Shown here: positions 54,629 to 64,000 of the stretch, piece by piece
How positions within the stretch are numbered: the stretch's first letter is position 1
How the letters are laid out: each line of letters opens with the position of its first letter
Source: Camelus dromedarius
Taxonomy: Eukaryota
DNA: 64,000 nt
Assembly: GCF_036321535.1 (NCBI RefSeq)
Contig: NC_087437.1
Coordinates: forward strand, 66,838,001 to 66,902,000
Direction: 5' to 3'
Notes under the pieces: generated by a model
Database searches by the model: none
The model's input: only the letters and a program-made list of their open reading frames with translations
What the model was told of the DNA's origin: nothing
Made by a program: the position numbers and the translations under genes

Positions 54629-57600
54629 CTTTCACATCTTTTGTCACATTTATCCCTAAATTTTTCATATTTCTGATGCTATTATAAGTGGTATTTTAAA
54701 ATTTCAAGTTCAATTATTCATTACTAATATACAGACATTTAATTCATTTTTGAATATTGATCTTGTACCTTGCAAAAGCACTAAACTCATTCGTTTTTGT
54801 AGCATTTTTTGTATGTGCCATTGGAATTTTTACAGAAACAATCATGTTATCTATGAAAAAGATAGTTTTTCTTCTTTCTTTCCAATCCGTATTCATTTTT
54901 ATTACTTTTTAAGAAGTATTATTTCATCTGATTTTTCTTTTTAGTTTACTAATATGCTGAATTACATTGATTAAATTACATTGATTGCTTTTTCATTCCT
55001 GGGATGACTCTTGGTTATGATGTAAAATCCTTTTTATATATTATTGAATTTGATTGATAAAATTATGTTTAGAGTTTTTGTATCTACATACATTGTTGAA
55101 TATAAGTGGTGACAGAAGACATCCCTGTCTTGTTCCTGATCTTAGTAGGAAATCATTATCTTTCATCATTGAACATGTTGCTAGCTGTAAATTTTTGTAA
55201 ATGTGTTTTATCAGGTTGAGGATATTCCTTCATATTCCTAGTTTTTTATCAGTAATGGATATTGGATTTTGTCAATTGTGGTTTTTGCATCTGTTGACAT
55301 GATTATATGTTTTTCTCCTTTGCTAATATGATGAATTACCATTCCATTTTTTAACATTTAAAGCAATCCTGCATTCTTGGGAGGTATCTACTTCACTTGG
55401 TCATATTGTATTATCTTTTTTATACTATTGGATTCAATTTGCTAAAATTTTGTTTAGAATTTTTGCTTCTATGTACATTTGAAATATGAATCTGCCATTT
55501 CATTTCTTGTAAAATTTTTGTCTAGGTTTGGTATTAGTGTAATGTTGGCCTCATACTTATTCTCTCCTCTTCAAATTTTGGAAAATCTTGTATAGAATTA
55601 GTATTATTTCTTCCTTGTGTAGAACTAGTATTAGTACAAATATTAATTTGTGTAGAATATGTATGTTATTTCTAATCTTGGGTAGAATTAGCATTATTTC
55701 TCCTAGCTAGTGGATTCTATAATTCTATAATTCACTAGCTATCTGGGCCTTGAGTTTTCTGTGTTGGGAGGCTTTTAAGTACAGTTTCAATTTTTTAAAT
55801 AGATATAGAGCTGTTTATGTTATCTGTTTTTTCTTGTGGGAGTTGTGGTAATGTATGTCTTTCAAGATGTTTGTCCATTTTATCTAAGTTGTGAAATTTA
55901 TTCGCATAAAGTTATTCATAATAAACTCTTTTTATCCTTTTAATACCTGTAGAATATGTGGTGATGCCAGCTCTCTAGTTTCTGATATTGATAGTTTTGT
56001 GTCTGTTTTCTTTTTTCTGATTGGTCTAGTTAGAGCTTAATCCATTTTATTGATCTTCTCAAAGAACCAGAATTACTTAGATTCTCTTTATTGCTCTCTT
56101 CTTTTCTATTTCATTGATTTCTGCCTTGATCTTTATTATTTTTTCTTCTACTTACTTAATGCTTAATTTGCTCTTCCTCTTCTAGTTTTGTAAGGTAGAA
56201 GCTGAGATCATTGTTCTGAGACATTTATTCTTTTCTCATATAGACATTTAGTGTTGTAAGTTTTCACTTAAGCACTACATTAATGACATCTACAAATTCT
56301 TATATGTGTATTTTAATTTTCATTCAGTCCAAAATACTTTTCGATTTCTTTTTTTATTTTTTCTTTACTCTCCCTGTTATTTAGAAGGGTGTTGTTTAGT
56401 TTCCAAATACTTGGGAATTTTCTAAGGATCTTTTTGTTATTGATTTCTAGTTTAATTCCTCTGTAGTCAGAGAACGTATTTTGTATGACTTGAATCATAT
56501 TGAATTTTATTGCCTTATTTTAGGAATAATAGTTCTCTGTGCACTTGAAAAAATGTGTATTCTTCTATTATTGGGTAGAGTGTTCTGTAAATGTCAATCT
56601 GATCAAGTAGTTAATAGTATTATTCAAATCTTCCGTATTGTCACTGATTTTCTGTAGAATTGGTCTAGAAAATATTGAGAGAGAGGGTTGAAATCTCTGA
56701 CTGTAATTGTGCAGTTCTATCAGTTTTTATGTAATGTATTTTGAAAAACTATTATTAGGTTCATCAATATTTAGGATTGTTATTTCCTGTTGATGAATTG
56801 ACGCCCTTATCCTTATAATGATAAAATGACCTGCTTTATCCCTTCTACTGTTCTTTGCTCTGAAATTTATTTTGTCTTATTTTAAAGTAGCTACTCTTAT
56901 TTTCTTTTGACTTGTGTTAGCATGGTGTATCTCTTTCCATCTTTTTACTTTTAACCTATTTGTTATATTATCATTATATTTAAAGAGCACTTTTTATAGG
57001 CAGTGTATAGTTGAGTTTTGCTTTTTTTCTCCATCTCTGCTTTTTAATCAAGGTGTTTACACCATTTACATTCAATGTGATTATTAATGTAGTTAAGTTT
57101 GAGTATATCCTCTTGCTATTTGTTTTCTATTTATCTCATCTGTTATGTTTGCCTCTTTTCCTGGTTTTCTAACTTCTTTTGGCCTAATTAAGTTTCTTTT
57201 TTGATTTGATTTTATCTCCTTTGTTGCTTTACTAGTTCTAATTCATTATTTTGCTATTTTAGTGGTTGCTTAAGGGTTTATCGTGTACATGTTTGTCTAT
57301 CATACCCTACATTAAAGTGATATTATATTACTACACATGTAATCTAAGAACCTTATAATAGTACACTTTCATTTATTCCCTTCTGGCTTATATGCTATTG
57401 TCGCCATGTGTTTTACTTTTCATCTCTGCAAGTTCAGTTTGGGTCCTTCTTTATATCTCCCATGTCTCTAACTTTGAATACATGGAATACAGTTATAATA
57501 ACTGTCTTAATGTTCTTCTGTGTTAATTCTAATGCCTGTGTCAGTTCTGGGTTGCTTTTGGCTGATTATTCTGCCCCCATCAGTTGTATTTTCTTGACTC

Positions 57601-58006
57601 TGTGTACCTGATCATCTTTGTTTGGATGCCAAGCGTTGTGAATTTCACCTTATTCGGTGCTGGATATTTTTATAGCTCTATAAATTTTCTTGAACTTTGT
57701 TCTAGGAAACACTCAACTTATTTGGATTTAGTTTGGTCTTTTTGGTCTTGTTTTTACTATATAGTAGTCAGGTCTGGAACATTGTTTATTGTTGAGCTAC
57801 TTCTTCTCCATCACTGAGCAAGACTTTCCTGAGTACTCTACCCAGTGCCTTGTGAATTATGAGTTTTTCCAGTCATAAAAATGATGGCAATAGGCAGTTT
57901 TCCCAAACCAGTGTGAGTGACAGGGACTAGTCCCTTTAATCCCTATAGGTGTTTCTTTCCCTGGCTTTGGATAGTTTCCCTACATGCATGCATTGATCAT
58001 GAATCC

Positions 58007-58210
58007 TTTTTTTTTTTTTTTTTTGAGTAAAAGTAGATTTATTCAGAGAGATATATACTCCATAGACAGAGTGTGGGCCATCTCTGAAGGGGAGAGAGAG
58101 CAAGAGAGAGAGAGACCTAGGAGATATACATTCCATAGGCAGAATGTGGGCCATCTTACTCAGAAGGAAGAGTGGCCTCAGAGCACGGAGTCATCTAGGA
58201 AAGTGAGATT
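58007..58210 (-). mobile_element. Polyadenylated retro-copy of an LTR-like transcript 3' end
   Basis: T18 at 58007-58024 and a minus-strand AATAAA (58043-58038) 13 nt before the tail. Internal ~38-bp direct repeat. TGATCAT on both sides (57994-58000, 58214-58220). Interrupts the L1. Confidence 0.7.
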
Positions 58211-58819
58211 GACTGATCATAGAGATTTTTTGAGGGGATTCTTTGCAGATCTCCAGTATTCTGTCTCTGTGCATCTGTCTTTATTTGGTATTCTGTCCTG
58301 TGAAATCTAGCTGCTCTGGTCTCCCTGGACTCCAGGGTCTATCTCCTCAACTCAGGGAGTCTTCCAGGTTCTGTTTTAGCTTTCCCTTCCCTCTGCTATG
58401 CTTAGAAACTCTCTCAAGGTAGTGAGCTGGGACAATTGTGGGGCTCACCTTGTTTGTTTCCTGTCTGTCAGAGATCACTGTCCTTTGTTGCCTGATAATG
58501 AGTATCTTGAAAACTATTCTTTTATATTTTTCTTTTTTTTTTAAATGGATGCTTCAGGTGATGGTACATCTGGTCCCTGTTACTTTATCTTGGCCAGAAA
58601 GGAAAGTCTAGTTACTGCTTTTTCCACTTTGAGATTTAATCCTTTCTCTCTTTTGTATTTTAACTTAAAAAAAAATTTCATGGCTTAGAACAGTTGTAAA
58701 AATTATTCAAGGAACACCTGTATACACTTTTAAAAAGATATTGATCAATTATTAACATTTTGTCACATTTGTGTGCCTGCTTAACTCAAAATATATATAT
58801 ATATATACATATATATATA

Positions 58820-58898
58820 CTGGCCCTTAGTCAGGCTCTGCATCCATGCAGTGTCTGTCCATCTATATCTGTTGGTGTTTGATCTTCCATTAGATAAG
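58820..58898 (+). repeat. Dispersed direct copy of 62690-62768
   Basis: Ungapped alignment with 72 of 79 bases identical by manual count; offset 3870 bp. Confidence 0.95.
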
Positions 58899-59072
58899 AT
58901 AGAGTTTGGATAACTCTATCACACACACACATTTTAACTGAACCATTTGAGAGAAATTGCAGACATCATGACACTTCATCATTAAATAATTCTTAAGAAT
59001 AAAGTCACTCTACTATATAACCACGAGTGCAACAAATTTAATATTGACAGAATATTATCATATGACACATGG

Positions 59073-59400
59073 TTTACTTTATTTATTGCTGTGTAACAAA
59101 TGACCCCAAAACGTAGAAGCTGAAAACAACAGAGTACTACTATTATATCACATGATTCTGTGGGTCAGAAATTCAGATGTGGTGCAGTAGGGGGTTCACC
59201 TTTACTTTATGATGTCTAACCCTCAGGTGGGGGCGATTCTGAGCGATTGGTGGCTGGAACAGTTGGGAGGTGGCTAGACATCTCTTTTTCTTTTTCTCCT
59301 TGGCTTCTCCACATGGCTAGTGTGGGCTTTCTCATAGCATGGTAGCCTCAGGGTATCTGGGCTACTCACATGGTGGTTCAGGGTTCCAACAAAAAGTGAT
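59073..59400 (-). mobile_element. Old MaLR LTR fragment (MLT1-like)
   Basis: TATTGCTGTGTAACAAATGACCCCAAAAC...GATTCTGTGGGTCAGAAATTCAG is typical of reverse-oriented MLT1 3' ends. Confidence 0.7.
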
Positions 59401-60329
59401 TCTACAGATTACCAATACAAACTGGCATCACACATGAGGTGATGCTCTGAGGGTATAATAAATATCATCTTTATCATATTTATGCCCAAAATGCATAATT
59501 GGAATTTAATCATGAGGAAATAATTAGATAGGCCCAAATCAAGGAATATTCTACAAAACAACTGTCTTGTACACTTCAAAAATGTCAATGTTATGAAAGA
59601 CAAAGACAGATGAGAAGCTGTTCCAGATTACAGGAGGCTGTATTAGTTCATTAAAGCTGCCATAACGAAATATTGTAGACTGGGTGGCTTGAACAACAGA
59701 AATTTATTTTCTCATAATTCTAGAGGCTTTAACATATGAATTTGAGGTGGGGGGGGGGGTTCAGTTCAGTCCATAATGGAGACTAAGGAGATTTCTTTAC
59801 ATGTGGTCTTAGATTGGAATAAAGTTGCTCAAAGGAGTATTATTGAGATAATTGGAAATGAATATGTATAACTCAGAAGATTAAAAATAGTCTCCAATTC
59901 TTTGACAGTCATCTCACTGAGAAATGGGGCTATATTTTCCCTCCCTTTAAATCTGGGCTGGCTGTGACTGCTTTGACACATGAAAGACAGTGGAACAGAA
60001 AGCAGATAATGGCCTTTAAAAAGTTGGGCTCAGAATTGGCGTAGCTTCACTTTCACTTTCCTTTTTTTTTTTTTTTTTACTCTACCATGACATACATACT
60101 CATTTACAATTGTCTCAATAACCTACCTTGTAACATTTTTTTTCCAATCCAGGAATTTAGATGTCAAATCTCCTCAACTCTCCTTTAATCTGAAATGTTC
60201 CTCATCATTCCTTGTCTTTTAACACATTGACATTTTTGAAGCATACAGGCCAGTTGTTTTGTACAATATCCTTTAATTTGGGCTTTAATTTAGAATTATG
60301 CATTTTTGGCAGTACAACAATGATGATAT

Positions 60330-60906
60330 TGAGGTGGAAAGCCCCATAAAAAAAGACCAGCAGGACCCCAGGCAGGGCCACTATTCTCCTGCCAACACCA
60401 TCCGGTTCCCTGGCCCAGAGGCTCTATCTCACTTTTTGCCTCTGAAACAGCTTACTTCTAGGAAAATGGAACTTACCCCTAAAATTCTATTGATCCCTGA
60501 GCTCACTCCTGATTGGTCGTTTCCTTCACTCCTGATTGGTCCATTTCCCTAACTTCTGATTGGTCCATTTGTAATACTTCATTTGCATGGAGCGCACTCC
60601 TGATTGGTTCTCTCCCTCCTGATTGGTCCATTTCTACAAAGCTTGTTCCTAATTAGTCAACTTTTGTTATACCTTATTTGCATATTGTGTTGCAAAGTGT
60701 AAACTGGCAGCCTATAAAAGCCTGTGTAAACCTACAGATGGGGTGGAGAGCTTGGAGTGTTAATTCTTCTGGGCCTGCTGGTGTAATAAACCTGAGTTCT
60801 CCAACTCTTTGAGTGCTGCTTGGTCTCTTGCCCGGATCCAGGTTGCTGTTACAACTGAGCTGTAACAACAAGCTGTAACTGAGCTGTAACACATTTTTCT
60901 GCAACA
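60330..60906 (+). mobile_element. Solo ERV1-class LTR with CCAAT/octamer repeats
   Basis: TG...CA termini with a 4-bp TSD ATAT (60326-60329, 60907-60910). Five ATTGG boxes, two ATTTGCAT octamers, TATAAAA at 60713-60719 and AATAAA at 60785-60790. Confidence 0.92.
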
Positions 60907-61597
60907 ATATGTCCTTAGAGCATCAACTCATGTATGATGTCATGTATGTTTTGTACTATTGGTGAAATTAAGTACTTGGTTAAGGTTTATCTGCCAGATT
61001 TCCCCAATGGGTACCACATTCTTTTTGTAATTGGTAAGTAACCACTAGGGACATCTTCTTCTTTAAAAATTTCAAAGAGTTCTCCTGTATTCTGTGTCAG
61101 ATAGTTCTAGTATCTGACATCCTTGGGGGCCCAAATCTCTTGGGTATGAGGTCTGCGAGTCCTTATGTGTGGCCTCCGGTGCTTGGTGATTTTTTTAAAA
61201 TTGGAACTTGTATTTGTTTGAATCCTATGGGATTAAATTGAGGATGTGACCTCTAAAGTGTGTTTCCATTGTCCAGGGCACAAGGGACTTGGAAACTCCT
61301 TAGTGTTCTTCCACAGTCTTAGCTTGAAGTCGAAGGCTCAGGTTTGTCTCCTCTTGCTTCGATCCCGCCAGCGGAGACCTTCCATCTGCCCTCAGCCAAG
61401 CCCCTGGTCTCCTGCTTAGAGCTGGGTGACCCCAGCACTGGTTCTTCCCATGGATTGTTCCTTTTGGGGTGGGGTGGTTCTTGGAGAATCTGCTACTTAC
61501 CGTGGAAGGCTGTGTTGGATAATATAGCCTGCTCTCCTGCCTGACTGCCCATCATGATTTTTCACTCAATCTTTATTGTAAATATGATTCTGTCTTG

Positions 61598-61600
<3 letters not shown>

Positions 61601-61648
<48 letters not shown>
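61601..61648. repeat. (TG)24 microsatellite
   Basis: Perfect dinucleotide run read directly from the sequence. Confidence 0.98.
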
Positions 61649-61651
<3 letters not shown>

Positions 61652-61974
61652 TTTTAAATAAATTTGGATTTCTCACTATTTAGTTACTGAATATTCTCAA
61701 TAGTCTTGTGAAATGGGAAAGTCAGTTAATTTGGTACACTGCAGCTGAGAAAGCTGAAACCTGTTAGTGTGATGTAAGGTAAATTTATGAACTTTAAAAC
61801 CTCAGTTTCCTACTTCATAAAATGGGAAGGTTTGTGTCTCCTCAAAGCTTTGTGAGCTAAATGCTTGTAAATCAAGGGGCATCTGGGAAGCGCCCAGACC
61901 TTAGCGCAGTAGGCACAAAGCTTTATTAAGATCACCCAAAGATGGTCTTTCCTCCCGGTGCTCCTTCCATCGCC

Positions 61975-62540
61975 CAGGGAGGGTGGGGTTGGGGGTGGCG
62001 GGGTCGGTGGAGCCCCGCCAGCGAAGGAACACGCAGACCCGCCCCCAGGGTCCGGCCGAAGCGACTCCCGGGACGGGTGGGGGGCGGAGCCGGCGCGCAG
62101 GGGCCTCCTCCTGGGCGGCGTGGGGCGGTCCCCGCGGCTGCTTCTCGCCGCCTTCCCTTTCTCCGCGCGATGATCGTCGCGGTCGCGTCTGGGGTGAGTT
62201 CGCCGGGCCTTCGCTCTGCCCGCGCCCGGGACGCGCAATTCCGCGCAGAGGGAGGCGGCGGGCACCGTGTGGTATCGCCGGGCGGCGGGCCGGGTCGGTC
62301 ACGGGCCGGGGCTGGACGCTCGCGGGCCGCGCCTCGGAGGGCCGTCCTACCTCAGCCGGGGCGGGGGCCGGGCAGGGGGCCTGCGGAGGCCGGGGCTCAG
62401 GTGCGGGCGCTACCGCGGCGCTCCCTACGCTGCTGGAGGGGTAGCCAGGCGACATGCTGCCAGGTAGGGATCCAGGAGTTACCCGCCGAGGCCCCTCGTC
62501 GCGGTTCGGGGGTCGCCACCAGCATCTCGCTCCCCGCCAG
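61975..62540 (+). promoter_or_regulatory. B4GALT4: CpG-island promoter with non-coding first exon(s) of a divergent gene, probably B4GALT4
   Basis: CpG island with GC boxes at 62081-62090 and 62358-62367, and plus-strand donors GG|GTGAGT (62193/62194) and CAG|GTAGGG (62463/62464). The gene name rests only on known human synteny (B4GALT4 is head-to-head with ARHGAP31 and has non-coding 5' exons). No B4GALT4 CDS is in the window. Confidence 0.6.
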
Positions 62541-63315
62541 GCTCATCAGAGTGGAGAAAGCCCCTTCCTCCTTGGAGTCCTCTTTCCCCAGGGCTTCTAC
62601 TAGGAAACTGATCTGCTGATCCCAGCCTGGGGCCTGCAGGGGACGACGAGTTGTGAGGGCCAGCTGGATTTTAAAGTACCTCAGAGATTCTGGCCCTTAG
62701 TCAGGCTCTGCGTACATCTGGTGTCTGTCGATCTATATCTGTTGGTGTTTGATCTTCCACTAGATAAGGTCTAACTCTAGGTTTGAAAACCCCAGAAAAG
62801 TCCAAGATAATTGGGACTGAGAAAAGGCCTTTGGGTTGGTTGTCTCAGGAGAGCAAGTTATCAACAGGGTGGGCGTGTGCCAGGTTGCAAAGTGTTCAAG
62901 AGGACGTGAGGGCGGCCACGGCACAGGGAGACCTCGCCAGCCGTTTGGCGATGAAAGGCAGGAGGACGAAGACAGTGGTTTGAGGATTTGAGGGTGTTTA
63001 AAAATTTTTTTTTCTAAAAATTTTTAAATGTCTTTCAAGAAAAGGAAATAACATTGAGGATGCAGGAAAGTCAAGGAATCTTGGATAGGGATGAATAAGA
63101 TTCAGGGTCCAGGCTGAGAAAGTGGACTTAAAAACAGGGGTGAAGGGCTAGCTATCCTAGGCTCCTGGGCTGGGCACGTGGGCTAGAGTCCTGGCATGTA
63201 TCTCTAAAATAATGCTTAATCTGACCACAGTTTATCTTTTAGGAATTTTATCTTCTAGAGCAGGATTGGCCTCTAAACCCCATGAAATTGAAAATGTTTA
63301 TGTGCTTGTTTGTGT

Positions 63316-63795
63316 TGTAAGGGAGAAAAACCTTTTCCTTTTCCCCTTTCTAGATTTTTTGGCTGATCTAATAATTAAATTGAATGGACATAAAACGGAT
63401 TAACAGGAGAAAAACAAATTTACTTTAATACCTATGGGATCTTATAAAAATATGAGGCTCAAAGAATAACCAAAGCAGGCAGCTTTTATATCTTTTAGAC
63501 AAGGAAACAGTAAGTGTGTGAAGAATTGATAAGGCAAGGAAGTTTGGGCTTGGGGTAGTGAATTAATGAGGAAGTAATAAGGTTTATTATACAGCCTTCT
63601 CCATCTTGAATTCCTATCTCTTGTGATAAGGATGTCTTCCTGTACAGAGAGGGTCCCTTTCACATGGGAGATTTATTTCCTGCTTTCACGGGGACAAAAG
63701 GATGAAAATGTCCTTCTTTCACTGGCTATTTCTTAAGTAACTTTAATTCAAAATAATTGATATACTGATATAGTGGCATATTTTGCTTCCCTTCA
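63316..63795 (-). mobile_element. Solo ERV1-class LTR (MER34/MER39-like)
   Basis: TG...CA termini with a 4-bp TSD GTGT (63312-63315, 63796-63799). The minus-strand start TGAAGGGAAGCAAAATATGCCAC resembles MER34-group LTRs. Confidence 0.85.
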
Positions 63796-63942
63796 GTGTA
63801 CCTTTTTGAGAAGATTCATGCTTTGATCAGACTTTTGATCTGTTAAAGAGAGGTACTGAACTGTTTGACTACATAATTTTGGAGAAGGCAATAAAACTCA
63901 CTCTCTCAGTATATTTTATGTGCCACTTGATATATCTTTATA

Positions 63943-64000
63943 TCCTTGTCTAAAAGATATAAAAGCTGCCTGCTTTGGTTATTCTTTGAGCCTCATATTT
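63943..64000 (-). repeat. Perfect inverted copy of 63448-63505 (runs off the window end)
   Basis: 58 of 58 bases identical to the reverse complement by manual comparison. Confidence 0.97.

Larger units (their letters stand above)
53785..58610 (-). mobile_element. Degraded LINE-1 (ORF2 remnants plus 5' region) with nested SINE, LTR and retro-copy
   Basis: Long T-rich plus strand. ORF 56498-56313 (FSDYRGIKLEINNKK...WKLNNTLLNN...IKKEIEKYFGLNEN) matches the end of the L1 ORF2 endonuclease domain. Many stops and frameshifts. Boundaries are approximate. Confidence 0.88.

Noticed and set aside
59532..60283. Diverged inverted homology between 59532-59603 and 60212-60283
   Set aside because: Best explained as two old L1 3' UTR fragments in opposite orientations; the many mismatches argue against a maintained structure.
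60500..60690. Regularly spaced CTGATTGGT repeats superficially like a CRISPR array
   Set aside because: Mammalian DNA, spacers too short and related to each other, no cas genes. These are LTR U3 enhancer repeats.
61810..62619. Overlapping 150-225 aa ORFs in the 62-kb island
   Set aside because: Same GC-content artefact; no glycosyltransferase-like or other recognisable sequence.

Overview
Mammalian genomic DNA, most likely a camelid, judged from four tRNA-Ala-derived Vic-1-type SINEs. The only supportable protein-coding sequence is the 100-bp first coding exon of ARHGAP31 (CdGAP) on the minus strand (40826-40727, MKNKGAKQKLKRKGAASAFGCDLTEYLESSGQD, G|GTAAAG donor). Positions 1-40726 read as its long first intron, with no exon 2 recognised. 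There are three CpG islands: one intronic (~17.1-17.85 kb, possibly an antisense or alternative promoter), the ARHGAP31 promoter (~40.8-41.7 kb), and a divergent plus-strand promoter (~62.0-62.5 kb) that is probably B4GALT4 by synteny only. The rest is non-coding DNA rich in L1, L2, MIR, MaLR/ERV LTRs and hAT MITEs; nearly all other ORF-track entries are noise. I found no convincing new multi-gene system. The most interesting oddities cluster near the 62-kb promoter: a solo LTR with a duplicated CCAAT/octamer module pointing into it, a 79-bp copy of its downstream DNA pasted 3.87 kb upstream with a fold-back hairpin, a perfect 58-bp inverted copy of an old LTR segment, and a polyadenylated retro-copy of an LTR-like 3' end. 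Repeat family names come from my recognition of consensus motifs, not from a database search.
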